This document shows positions 37,293 to 47,476 of a stretch of 64,000 bases of DNA, in pieces. Within the stretch, counting starts at the first letter, position 1. Each line of letters starts with the position of its first letter. Source of the stretch: Terriglobia bacterium (GTDB lineage Bacteria > Acidobacteriota > Terriglobia > Terriglobales > Acidobacteriaceae); assembly GCA_963755365.1 (NCBI GenBank), contig CAVWJV010000012.1, positions 250,356 to 314,355 on the forward strand, in the 5' to 3' direction. A program made the position numbers and the translations under genes. The notes under the pieces were generated by a model that made no database searches, was not told where the DNA came from, and saw only the letters and a list, made by a program, of their open reading frames with translations.

Positions 37293-38420
37293 ATGTCTAC
37301 CTATTCCAACACCCGTCCTGCTGTCGCCGCCGGTGAAGCCATGACTCTGCCGCAGAGCTACTACACTGACCCAGCATGGTTTCAGCGTGAGATGGAAGCA
37401 ATTCACTTTGATATGTGGCTGTGTGCCGGACGCACGGAACAAATCCCCAATGCCGGCGATTACTTCATCCGTCGTGTTGCGAATGCCAGCGTCATCATCA
37501 CGCGCGACGAACAAGGCAACGTCCGCGCCTTCCACAACGTCTGCCGCCATCGCGGAACCCTTCTCTGCCAGCATGACGAAGGCAAATTCAACGGACGCAT
37601 CCAGTGCCAGTATCACGCGTGGACATACAGGCTTGACGGCACACTGGCCAACGCTCCGCATATGGAAAAGGTTGAAGGCTTTCGCGAAGCCGATTATCCG
37701 CTAAACGCGGTCGCAGCCGAAACGTGGGACGGGCACATCTTCATCAATCTTTCTTCGCGCCCCATGCCCTTCTCTGAACATCTCGCCGGGCTCGACAAAA
37801 AGTTCGTTCCCTGGCGCATGAACGAACTGCAGATGGTTGAGCGCCGCGTTTATCAGCTCAAAGCCAACTGGAAGCTGATCATCCAGAATTACTCAGAATG
37901 CCTGCACTGTCCCAATGTTCACCCTCTGTTGAACAAACAGTCGCATTACATGAGCGGCGATAACGAACCCCCGCAACCGACCTATCTCGGCGGTCGCATG
38001 GACCTGCGCGATGGAGTAAAAAGCTTAACCATGGACGGCAGCTCTGCACGCTGTGCTCTTCCCGGCCTCAGCTCTGACGATCAGCGCCATGTTTACTACT
38101 ACTGCATTCTGCCCAACTTCTTTCTCAACCTGCATCCTGACTACATGCTCACCTTCACCATGTGGCCGCGCTCGGCCGATCACACGGAAATCATCTGCGA
38201 ATGGCATTTCCATCCCGACGAAATCAACAAGCCCGGCTTCAGTGCAAGAGACGCGGTTGAATTCTGGGACATTACCAACAAACAAGACTGGGAACTCTCT
38301 GACATGGCGCAGATCGGTATCAGTTCCAAGGGATATCAGCCCGGACCTTATTCCAACCGCGAAGAGTTGTTGATGGCGCTGGATCGGTTTGTACTGGGAC
38401 GAGTTGGCGAAAAGCGATAG
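37293..38420 (+). CDS. Rieske [2Fe-2S] non-haem-iron oxygenase, alpha subunit
   Basis: The Rieske motif is CRHRG...CQYHAWTY. The catalytic-domain motif is NYSECLHCPNVHP. Confidence 0.85.
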   Translation: MSTYSNTRPAVAAGEAMTLPQSYYTDPAWFQREMEAIHFDMWLCAGRTEQIPNAGDYFIRRVANASVIITRDEQGNVRAFHNVCRHRGTLLCQHDEGKFNGRIQCQYHAWTYRLDGTLANAPHMEKVEGFREADYPLNAVAAETWDGHIFINLSSRPMPFSEHLAGLDKKFVPWRMNELQMVERRVYQLKANWKLIIQNYSECLHCPNVHPLLNKQSHYMSGDNEPPQPTYLGGRMDLRDGVKSLTMDGSSARCALPGLSSDDQRHVYYYCILPNFFLNLHPDYMLTFTMWPRSADHTEIICEWHFHPDEINKPGFSARDAVEFWDITNKQDWELSDMAQIGISSKGYQPGPYSNREELLMALDRFVLGRVGEKR

Positions 38421-38466
38421 TTGGCGTGTGCTGATGTGGAGTACACGCAAGCGTGCCTTTTGTTTT

Positions 38467-38499
38467 AATCCCGAGCGCGAGCGAGGGATCCCTACCCTC
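38467..38499. repeat. intergenic repeat family C-like copy
   Basis: aatcccgagcgcgagcgagggatccctaccctc, compared with 26947-26985. Confidence 0.5.
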
Positions 38500-38550
38500 T
38501 CTTCGCTCTTTCCGCTATGCGAATGATTAGCGCCTTAGCGAACCGGGTCT

Positions 38551-38583
38551 CCCTTAGTGTTCCTTCGTGCCCTTTGTGGTTAA
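38551..38583 (-). repeat. intergenic repeat family A copy (reverse complement)
   Basis: The reverse complement reads ttaaccacaaagggcacgaaggaacactaaggg. It overlaps the stop codon of the phosphatase gene. Confidence 0.75.
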
Positions 38584-40218
38584 AAGGTTTTTTCGAATAT
38601 ATCTGACAACACTCTCCCCGACGATCCACTCGGCGTCTCAATCTGAAGGATCGCCGCCAGCGTCGGCGCAATATCATTCACCGCGACGCGCTCAAAGTGT
38701 GCGCCCGCACGAATACCCGCTCCAAAGAAAATCATCGGTACATGGTTGTCATAGCTGTATGGCGTTGCGTGTGTGGTGCCCGGTGGAGAGCTGAACATGT
38801 AATACGGTTCCGGCAACAGTTCCAGATCGCCTGAGCGTGGACCATAAAACCCAAACAGCATGGCGCGTCCCACCAGGTCGGAACTCTCATCTCCGCGCAA
38901 CAGATCGTCGCGGGTAAGCACACGCGCAATGTGCGGCAGGCCGCGGGCAAAATCGGCGGCAAAACGTCTTACCTCAACACGATCGGCCTTGTTCGCCACT
39001 ACCGTCTGATCGTTCAGGTACAAAAAGCCGGAAGTATCAAAGTTGAACCATTTACCCTGTCCGAACCTGGTCGACAACGCATCATTGATCTTCGCGGAAT
39101 AGTCAGACGAAGTAAGCCAGCCGCCGGGCATCTTACGGGCGTTATTCACCTTCGGCACGGGAGAGACCCCGTGATCAGCGGTGAATACGACCAGAGTATT
39201 TTCCTCGCCCACGCGGGCATTCACAAAGTCGAACAGCTTTCCCAGAAGCCTGTCCGTTCGGATCGAAATATCGCGGACCTCCGGCGAATCAGGTCCCACC
39301 GCATGACCAACATAGTCATTCGATGAAAGACTTAAAGACAAAACGTCGGTTGCATCATGCTGTCCCAGGCGCTCATTCTCAATCGCCTTCTCGGCAAAAT
39401 CTTCCAGCATCTCATTGCCGAACGGCGTATTTTCCAGCGGTCCGCAGAAAGGTACGTCAACACCTGCCACCAGAGAGCAAAAAGCTTTATCGCCCGGCCT
39501 GGCATCCAGTGCGCGCCATTCTTTCCCCAGATATTTGTAGGTCGGCCTGTCAGAGTTAACCTGCTTCACCCACGCAGGCAGGTCTTTCATGTAGTAGGTG
39601 CTGCTGACGAAATGGATGGAGTCGTTATCAAACCAATACGCGGCGTCAGCCATGTGTCCCACAGGAAGAATGGCGCTGCGGTCTTTGATCGATATTCCTA
39701 TGACTTTGGAATTTCGTCCTGCCATCTTCAATTCATCGCCAACCGTACTCACCAGCAGGCGATGCGGTGATGAACTCTTTCCACCCACTACGTTGCCCAG
39801 CATCACCGCCGATTTATCAGAGACGCTGGTCACGGATTCGTTCGACTCGCGGTCAAACCATTCATTGCCGATAATGCCGCTCACCGATGGCGTAGCCCCA
39901 CTCATGATGGTGGAGTGCCCAACAGCGGTCACTGTCGGATAGTGCATGTAGTGTGCGTCATGAAATACCGCGCCGCCGTTCAGCAGTCGCGCAATGCCAC
40001 CGGTATAGTCGTCGCGAAATCGCAGCAGATAGTCATAGCGGAACTGGTCCACCACTATCACCAGGACCAGCTGTAGGACGCTTTGATTTTGCCGAGGTTC
40101 CCTGTGAAGAAGTCTTAGGTGCCGCGTGCTCCGGTGAGGTTTGTGCCGGCACGTCGCAAGCGGCACAAAAGATCAACAACAAAGCGGCTATCAACGAAAA
40201 ACGACGGCTATGTTTCAT
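38580..40218 (-). CDS. alkaline phosphatase family protein (PafA / nucleotide pyrophosphatase-like), secreted; one frame break ~40070-40095
   Basis: The body ORF 38580-40166 carries VLVIVVDQFRYDYL and TVTAVGHSTIMSGATPSVSGIIGNEW. The signal peptide MKHSRRFSLIAALLLIFCAAC is in ORF 40033-40218, in another frame. Confidence 0.85.
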
Positions 40219-40273
40219 CTGATGAGCTCTCCATAAGGAGGTGAGACTAACATAGCCGCCGTGGTTTTGTGGG

Positions 40274-42467
40274 TTAGAACTTCGCTAATTTCTCCATCGC
40301 CTTATACAGGTCATCTGCCTGCGGAAGTATCACGTCTTCCAGCAGCGGCTGATACGCGACGAATGTATCCGTTGCGGCCACGCGGCGAACGGGCGCGTCC
40401 AGGTCTTCGAACAATTCATCGGCGATGCGTGCCGCAATCTCCGCGCCGTAGCCCCAGCTCAGCGTATCCTCATGCGCTACGATTACGCGATTGGTCTTGC
40501 GGACTGACGTTGCAATCGCCTCCCAGTCATACGGGCTCAGCGTACGCAGGTCGATCAGCTCCACGCTCACATTCTGTTCGCGCTCAATGCGCTGCGCGGC
40601 CTGCAGGGCACGCGGCACAACCGCGCCGTAAGTAATCACGGTCATATCGGTCCCCTGTTTCACGGTCTTCGCCTTGCCGAACGGAATCATGTAGTCAGCG
40701 CCGGGATAAGGCGAACGGCCGTAGGTTTCACGATAAAGACGCTTGTGCTCCAGGAACAACACCGGATCATCGCAACGAATCGCCGTACGCAGCAGGCCAT
40801 TGGCATCCAGGGCGTTTGACGGGAAACATACGCGCAGTCCGGGAGTGTGCGTGAAGATGCTTTCACCGCATTGCGAGTGATAGATGGCGCCGCCGGTGAG
40901 GTATCCGCCAATGGCAACACGTACTACCGCACCTGACGAGAAGTTGCCGTTTGATCTCCAGCGCATCAGCGGCAGTTCGTTCCGCAGTTGTTGCATCGCA
41001 GGCCATATGTAGTCGAAGAACTGGATCTCAACCACAGGCTTCAATCCGCGCGTGGCCATACCAATGGCACGACCAACAATGTTGGCTTCTGCCAGCGGCG
41101 AGTTGAATACCCGGTCGCCACCGTATTCGCATTGCAGTCCGGCGGTCAGTTTAAAAACGCCGCCTTTGCCTTTGACCTGTTTCTGGCTGAGATACTCTTC
41201 ACGGCTGCAATCCGCCACATCTTCACCGAACATCACAATGCGCTCGTCACGCTTCATCTCATCTTTTAAGCAGACATTGATGAGATCAGCCATGGTCTTG
41301 TCATTCCCTTCGAACTTGGGCTCGGAAGCCATGCTGCGGGGATCAAGGTCTTGCGAGTAGACATGTGTGTAAATGGAATCGGTTGCGGGCAGCGCCGCTT
41401 TCTCCGCGTGCTCAGAAGCTTCGGCGATTTCATTCTCTACGGACTTCTCCAGCTTGTTCAGGCCGGCTTCATCCAGAATATTTTCGCGGACCAGGAAAAG
41501 CTGCATGCGCGTAATGGGATCGCGCTGCGCATCTTTCTGGCGCTCAGCGTCCGGACGATAAAGCTTCTCGTCGTCGGAAAGCGAATGCGAATACGGACGA
41601 ATCACATGGCCGTGCACCAGAGCCGGCCCTTTGCCGCCGCGGCAATATTCCGCAGCGCGTTTGCAAGCCGCGTAAGCCGCCACCGGGTCAGTGCCGTCAC
41701 ACTCTTCTACCAGCAGATTGGGAAAATTCTTCAGCAACTGAGAAATGCTTCCGCCCGCCGTCTGCACTTCAACCGGAACAGAAATTGCGTAGCCGTTATC
41801 TTCAATCACAAACATCACCGGCAATTTCTCATTGCAGGCCGTGTTCATGGCTTCCCAGAATTCGCCTTCGCTGGTGGTTCCGTCACCGGCGGAGCAATAG
41901 ACAACTTCGTCGCCCTGGAACTCACGTTCTTGAACTGGCGATAATCGCCGTTCTGCTTCTTCGCCGACTTCCGGATGCCGTGCTGAAATAACGCCCGGCC
42001 TCAGCACAGCCAACCGACTGCAGGAACTGTGTGCCCGTTGGCGAAGACTGCGTGACAATGTTGTATTTCTTGTGTCCCCAGTGTGATGGCATCTGGCGGC
42101 CGCCCGATGCTGGATCGTCCGCCGCGCCCACCGCCTGCGCCAGCATTTCGTAAGGACTCACACCCAGCGCCAGGCAAAGCGCCCGATCGCGATAGTAGGG
42201 ATAGAACCAGTCATAACCGGACTTCAGCGCCATCGCCGACGCCACGTTCAAGGCTTCATGCCCCGCGCCCGATATCTGGAAGAATATCTTCTGCTGCCGC
42301 TTGAGCAGGATCTCGCGATCGTCCAGCTTGCGCGAGAGATACATGAGCCGGTAGATCTCAATTAGTTGCTCGCGCGTGAGTCCTTCATAAGTCCTGGGCG
42401 CGGGCTTCGCCGGCGATTCCTCCACCACGGTAGCGCTCTTCTTTGTATCAGCCTTGGTAACGGGCAT
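40274..42467 (-). CDS. 2-oxo-acid dehydrogenase E1 component, fused alpha/beta subunits; at least one frame break ~41960-42000
   Basis: ORF 41922-42467 is the alpha N-terminus (...[30 protein letters not shown]...). ORF 40274-42058 holds the rest of alpha ([15 protein letters not shown]) plus the beta/transketolase-like part. Confidence 0.85.
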
Positions 42468-42572
42468 GGGTCTCCTTCAACATATGTTCCGAACGGGATG
42501 GGTCTTTAGGAGTACTTGGGAGTACCTTCCATTTTAAATCGACTCGTGAGATGAGGGATATACTTTAGAAGG

Positions 42573-43361
42573 ATGATTCGAAAAAACCGCGCCATACCCG
42601 TCCCCGATCTTAAGTTACTGATTTTCGACCTTGACGGCACCCTGGTTGACTCCCGCATGGACCTGGCCAACTCCGTCAACGCCATGCTGCGCCACTATAA
42701 GAAGCCTGAACTAGCGTGTGAGGTCATTTCCAGCTACATCGGGAACGGTGCACCAGTGTTGGTGCGAAGGGCCCTGGGTGATCCCGACGATGAGGGTTAC
42801 GTACAGGAAGCCCTGCTCTACTTCATGAGCTATTATCGCGAGCACAAGCTGGACTCCACTTATGTTTACGATGGCATCTTCCCGGCGCTGGACGCGATCC
42901 TGGCCAGCCGGAATGGGCACGGTAACTCCACGGGCAAGGAAGACTCGCGCCACATCCGGAACGCGCCAGACTCGCGCGACATTCAGATGGCCGTACTCAG
43001 TAACAAGCCAGTCGGACCCTCGCGCGGCATTGTCGAAGCTCTGGGTCTGGGCAAGTATTTCTTTCAGGTTTATGGGGGCAACAGCTTTCATACCAAAAAG
43101 CCTGACCCGGCGGGAGTAGCGGCGTTGCTGGAGGAATCGGGCGCGCGCCCGGAACAAACCGCCATCATCGGCGATTCAGACGTCGATGTCATCACGGCGC
43201 GCAACGCTGGAATCTATTCTGTCGGAGTGACGTATGGCCTCGCGCCGCACACACTGGAAGACGCGCCTCCAGACGTGCTGGTAGACCATCCCCGCGAACT
43301 TGGCGACGTTCTGGGTGAACGTGAGCAGAGTCGGCTGGCGTTTAGAGCCGAGCCACAATAA
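42573..43361 (+). CDS. HAD-superfamily hydrolase (phosphoglycolate phosphatase-like)
   Basis: LLIFDLDGTLVDS (DxDGT), SNKP and GDSDVD motifs are present. Confidence 0.8.
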   Translation: MIRKNRAIPVPDLKLLIFDLDGTLVDSRMDLANSVNAMLRHYKKPELACEVISSYIGNGAPVLVRRALGDPDDEGYVQEALLYFMSYYREHKLDSTYVYDGIFPALDAILASRNGHGNSTGKEDSRHIRNAPDSRDIQMAVLSNKPVGPSRGIVEALGLGKYFFQVYGGNSFHTKKPDPAGVAALLEESGARPEQTAIIGDSDVDVITARNAGIYSVGVTYGLAPHTLEDAPPDVLVDHPRELGDVLGEREQSRLAFRAEPQ

Positions 43362-43466
43362 GTTTTATCAAGTTTTATCGTAGAGACACAGCTCCGCTAC
43401 TTCTCGCTTTATTCAAATGAAGAAACCGTCACCGATATAATGTAGCTGTCCCCGGAGATTGCTCGT

Positions 43467-44672
43467 ATGATGTCACCTCTTACCCCGCGCTTAAAACTTC
43501 TCTTCGCGATTATTGTCATTCTTATATTTAACAGCTGCAACTCCATGAGCAATTCCATGAACAATCCCCCTGGCACAGCTCAGAACGCCAGCATCGCCTT
43601 CATCAGCAACTCCGGTTCGGGTACGGTTTCTGCTTTCATGGTCAACACGAATGGCACACTTTCTCCTGTAAACGGTTCGCCCTTTAGCGCCGGACCGGGC
43701 GCAGAGTTCATGGCGTTTGATCCCACGCACAAGCTTCTTTTTGTGAACAATCAGGCCGCGAACACCCTGTCTGCGTTCTCCGTTAACACAGGCACTGGGA
43801 TGCTGACCGCCGTTCCAGGATCGCCCTTCGCCACCGGCGCCAGACCCACAGCCGTCGCCGTGGATTCCGCCGGCAAATTCGTATTCGTCGCGAACCAGGC
43901 GGGAAACAGCATTGCGGTCTTTAGCATAGGCGTGAATGGCGTTCTAACGCCCGTCGTGGGATCGCCTTTTCCCGCAAACAGTCCTTATGGACTCTCGGTA
44001 AATCCTTCCGGTACGGTCTTGTATGCCACAAACTTTCCCGACTCTCAGATTTCTGACTTGAATACGGTTTCAGCATTCTCCATCGCCGGCAATGGAACAC
44101 TCAGCGCGATCGCCGGTTCGCCTTTTGTGGACGCCAATGCAACTTCAGGTTTCGCTTCGGCCATAAGCATCCTCGCCGATCCCAGCGGCAAATTTGTTTT
44201 CGTGGGCGATCACATGGCGCAGAGCGTGGTTCCATTCAGCGTGAATTCAGCTAACGCGGCACTGATGCCGGTATCAACTTTGCCGGCGCCCGCACCGTCT
44301 TGCGGAGTTTCCTGCCACAACAATCCGCTGCGGCTGGCAGTGGATCCGGCGGATAAATTTCTCTTTTCCACGAATGTGCAGGCGGGCACGGTTTCCGTAT
44401 TCAATATCAACGGGGGCAATCTCACTGCCATGGCAGGCGTGTCCACCGGATCGCATCCCTTCGGCGTGGCCGCCGATCCTACAGGGCACTTCCTTTACGT
44501 CGTGAACAAAGCCGACAACTCAATCTCCGGGTTCGCCTTGAACTCCACCACCGGGACCCTCACGCCCATGGCGGGCTTTCCAGTGAGCGAAGGTGGCAAC
44601 GCGCCCACCGATATCGTGATCGTCCGCATGGCAATCATTCTTGTCGCTTCGCTCCAAACCGCCTGGCAGTGA
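43467..44672 (+). CDS. lactonase-type 7-bladed beta-propeller protein, lipoprotein-like N-terminus
   Basis: Repeated blades read GTLTPV.GSPF..G..P..VAVD..GKFVFVAN...NSI.VF. The N-terminus is LIFNSCNS. Confidence 0.8.
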   Translation: MMSPLTPRLKLLFAIIVILIFNSCNSMSNSMNNPPGTAQNASIAFISNSGSGTVSAFMVNTNGTLSPVNGSPFSAGPGAEFMAFDPTHKLLFVNNQAANTLSAFSVNTGTGMLTAVPGSPFATGARPTAVAVDSAGKFVFVANQAGNSIAVFSIGVNGVLTPVVGSPFPANSPYGLSVNPSGTVLYATNFPDSQISDLNTVSAFSIAGNGTLSAIAGSPFVDANATSGFASAISILADPSGKFVFVGDHMAQSVVPFSVNSANAALMPVSTLPAPAPSCGVSCHNNPLRLAVDPADKFLFSTNVQAGTVSVFNINGGNLTAMAGVSTGSHPFGVAADPTGHFLYVVNKADNSISGFALNSTTGTLTPMAGFPVSEGGNAPTDIVIVRMAIILVASLQTAWQ

Positions 44673-44757
44673 GTAATGTGGGAACCTTGATGTGCTCCTG
44701 TTGCTACGGGCTCGGCGCGAGTTCGGCCTCGCCCTTTCCGCAAGACCATTTACGCCT

Positions 44758-44817
44758 TGTCATCTCGAACGAAATCGGAGCGCATGAGACGACGCAGTCG
44801 AAAGATCCCGAGAATGC
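44758..44817 (+). repeat. 60-nt intergenic repeat, family C
   Basis: tgtcatctcgaacgaaatcggagcgcatgagacgacgcagtcgaaagatcccgagaatgc. About 80% of positions match the reverse complement of 55537-55596, including a 28-nt identical core. Confidence 0.8.
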
Positions 44818-44870
44818 CGGATCGTCATGGCGCCGTCACTGGGAATTCTCGGGAAAATATCGCGAGCTTC

Positions 44871-45243
44871 CTACATTTTGCTTTTCGTCCGAATACTTTC
44901 TATCCTCACCCGCGCTCCCGCCACCTCGGGGCGATTCGGAAAGAAAGTAACGAAGTCCCGATATTCCGTTTCCGCCTGCTTGTAAATTACCTTCCTCATA
45001 CCACGCATTGGCGATTGAAAACTTCGCCGGCGCCACAAATTGAGAATCTGGATAACTGTTGATGACGTCTTCCATGAGCTTCCGAGCTGACGCATACTCG
45101 GAATTTTTCAACGCCTTACTGGCATGTTCGTAGAGCAACTTGTCTTGCTGCTCCACCGCCGTTTGAGCTCGGAAGACCCCCGTCGCCAGCGCCCAGAAAG
45201 CGCAAATCAAGATCGCAGATATTGCGAACCGACACATTTTCAT
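44871..45243 (-). pseudogene. BamD/YfiO-like TPR lipoprotein fragment; frame break ~44990 and premature end at the family C repeat
   Basis: MKMCRFAISAILICAFWALATG...YASARKLMEDVINSYPDSQFVAPAKFSIANAWYEEG continues in another frame as KVIYKQAETEYRDFVTFFPNRPEVAGA... and stops after ~125 aa in total. Confidence 0.5.
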
Positions 45244-45384
45244 TTCTGACCTCGCACTCGACCAGACTTTGAACATCTTCAGAACGTGTTTAGCAGGAAG
45301 AATGTGCAACCTCTTCAAATCTTCTCGTTTGATTTCAGATACTTACGCGCTATATCAATAAAATCAATTTTCATCGTTGACAAT

Positions 45385-45420
45385 ATTGATTTAATTAATT
45401 TATAAATCAATTAAATCAAT
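45385..45420. promoter_or_regulatory. perfect 12-bp inverted repeat attgatttaatt-N12-aattaaatcaat overlapping the DUF2089 start codon
   Basis: The arms are 45385-45396 and 45409-45420. Additional AATCAAT boxes lie at ~45352-45370 in an AT-rich divergent intergenic region. Confidence 0.5.
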
Positions 45421-45802
45421 GAGCCATGACCGCAAAATACGCGACTGGCAGGAATTAACGCTGCTCACCAAAGGCGAGCCGATCGTGGTGGAGCGAGTCC
45501 GACTGGCCGAGAAAGACATTGCCATTGAGGGCAGCTTTGAGCTTCCTGAACTGGCCCGGCTGCCATGGGAAGACCAGGTATTCATTGCGGCCTTTGTCCG
45601 GTCACATGGGTCCATCAAGGAGATGGAACAGGTCTTTGGCGTGAGCTATCCCACCATCAAGGCCCGGCTTACCCGGATAGCTGCCAGTCTGAAGTTCATT
45701 GATACTGACCCGGCGCCTTCGCGCACGGAGATTCTGGACCGGCTCAAACGCGGCGAGATCAACGCGCAAGAGGCCATCCGCGAACTGGAGACACTGAAAT
45801 GA
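45419..45802 (+). CDS. DUF2089-like HTH protein (no N-terminal zinc ribbon)
   Basis: ...FELPELARLPWEDQVFIAAFVRSHGSIKEMEQVFGVSYPTIKARLTRI... Confidence 0.75.
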   Translation: MSHDRKIRDWQELTLLTKGEPIVVERVRLAEKDIAIEGSFELPELARLPWEDQVFIAAFVRSHGSIKEMEQVFGVSYPTIKARLTRIAASLKFIDTDPAPSRTEILDRLKRGEINAQEAIRELETLK

Positions 45803-46059
45803 TCCCTTTATTTGCCGTTATTGGTTTTCGCACATCCCGCCAGCGAACATTCCGGCTATGGCTCCCCTTGTTCCTGGTTTGGCTTCTGCTCTTGCCTTTA
45901 GTCCTGGTGCTGTTTCCATTTTTTCTGGTCGGCTGCCTGATTCTGGATATGAACGCTTTCAGCGCAATTGCCGTCGGATGGAACGTGATAGCGGGGCTTC
46001 GCGGTACACACGTGGAAATCAACGACCCGAAGAATTACATCTTGCTCCGCATAGTTTAA
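45799..46059 (+). CDS. small membrane protein
   Basis: The 86-aa ORF has an ATGA start/stop overlap with the preceding gene and two or three TM helices. Confidence 0.6.
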   Translation: MIPLFAVIGFRTSRQRTFRLWLPLFLVWLLLLPLVLVLFPFFLVGCLILDMNAFSAIAVGWNVIAGLRGTHVEINDPKNYILLRIV

Positions 46060-46095
46060 GAAGAAAGCTTAGGAAGGAAGTTTAGGAGAACTTAT

Positions 46096-46530
46096 ATGAC
46101 TGAAAATCGCCGACAAATTCTGGAGATGCTGGCCGCGGGCAAAATCACGGCCGATGAAGCCGACCGCCTGATGAGCGCTCTCTATAGCGACGGCAACGGT
46201 GATCCTCGCGCGACAACGGGCGATGCTCCCACCGCAAAGCCTCGACCCAAATATTTGCGCGTGATGGTGCATGACGAATCCCGTGGCGATTCGCCTACGG
46301 AAGTAAACGTCCGCATCCCCATGCAAATGTTACGCGCAGGGGTGCGGCTGGCCAGCCTGATCCCTGTACAGGCGCGTGATCAGGTGAACGATGCCCTCAA
46401 AGTAAAGGGCCTGCAGATTGACCTCTCACAGATCAAACCGGAAAACCTGGAAGAGCTGGTTGACCAGCTCAGCGAACTCACCGTGGATGTGGACGACAAG
46501 CACGCCAAGGTGCGCGTGTTCTGCGAGTAG
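46096..46530 (+). CDS. SHOCT-like / LiaX-YvlB N-terminal-like domain protein
   Basis: RRQILEMLAAGKITADEADRLMSAL...KYLRVMV...VNVRIPMQMLRAGVRLA... Confidence 0.7.
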   Translation: MTENRRQILEMLAAGKITADEADRLMSALYSDGNGDPRATTGDAPTAKPRPKYLRVMVHDESRGDSPTEVNVRIPMQMLRAGVRLASLIPVQARDQVNDALKVKGLQIDLSQIKPENLEELVDQLSELTVDVDDKHAKVRVFCE

Positions 46531-46568
46531 AGCACGCACAATCCAGAGGGAGTGACCATGATCATGAA

Positions 46569-46972
46569 GTGAACGCAGATCGTCGCAAGATTCTAGACAT
46601 GCTGACCGCCGGAACATATTTCGATCGATGAAGCGGACCGCTGCTTGGACGTCCCGCATTCGGGCGGCAGTCAGACACTCGCGCGCCGAAATTCCTCCGG
46701 CTTGTGCTGGAGCCGAGAGATCAGGCCGCAAAGCGCGCGAAAAGTGGACATTCGGGTTCCGCTGGGAGCTGCTCCGCAGCGGCTCCAGATCGCCAGGTCT
46801 TTACCATGGAAAAACGTGGCCCAATGACCATTGCTCTTGGCACTCATAGTACTTGCCCTTGACTCAGCGGCGTTGACGCGGAAGACGTAGACGAGTTCAT
46901 GGCGCAATTCAAAGACCTGACTCAACGGACATCGACAAGAAAGAAGAGACGCTACGGCTGTTCTGCGAATAA
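46569..46972 (+). pseudogene. decayed paralogue of the 46096-46530 gene (several frame switches)
   Basis: The pieces lie in three frames: VNADRRKILDMLTAGT.., ..DEADRLL.., PKFLRLVLEPRD, KVDIRVPLG, and the terminal DIDKKEETLRLFCE* (compare VDVDDKHAKVRVFCE*). Confidence 0.55.
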
Positions 46973-47005
46973 ACGATTGAACAATGCAACTGACAGGAAT
47001 AAGCT

Positions 47006-47269
47006 TTGCGCATGCGAGCGATTCGGATTCCCTACCCGTTACCAGCGGCGCCAAGCGCGGCGCCCTGGGGATTTCATGAATCGGCTCAATGGGAACTGAT
47101 GCGAAATGCGGGAATGCTGATCGACTTTCCTGATCGCAATGTATGTTACGCGATGTTCTGCTTCAGCAAAACCGATGTGCCACGATACGCGGCCGAGTTG
47201 AGAAAATCAGTGGAGTTGCAATCGCCCGGTCGCGAGCCCCAGGTGCTCGAAATCAGATTTAGCCAATAG
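47006..47269 (+). CDS. hypothetical protein (weak)
   Basis: The 87-aa ORF has no recognisable family. The start may be at 47099. Confidence 0.3.
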   Translation: MRMRAIRIPYPLPAAPSAAPWGFHESAQWELMRNAGMLIDFPDRNVCYAMFCFSKTDVPRYAAELRKSVELQSPGREPQVLEIRFSQ

Positions 47270-47476
47270 CGCTTCCCTGCAGAAATTCCTCCAGCTTGCC
47301 TCGCCGGCGAATCCGTGTCACGATAAATAGATTTGCATGACTCAGAATCGCGACTGGGAAGGCTCCGGACTAAAAAGCCGTGAGGCCGACCACGCGCCGA
47401 GCGGCGCTGCAATAGGCGCTCGTCGGTTTTTTAAGCAAGATCGCTCAAAAGCGGTTTGGAGCGCAGCGACATAATT

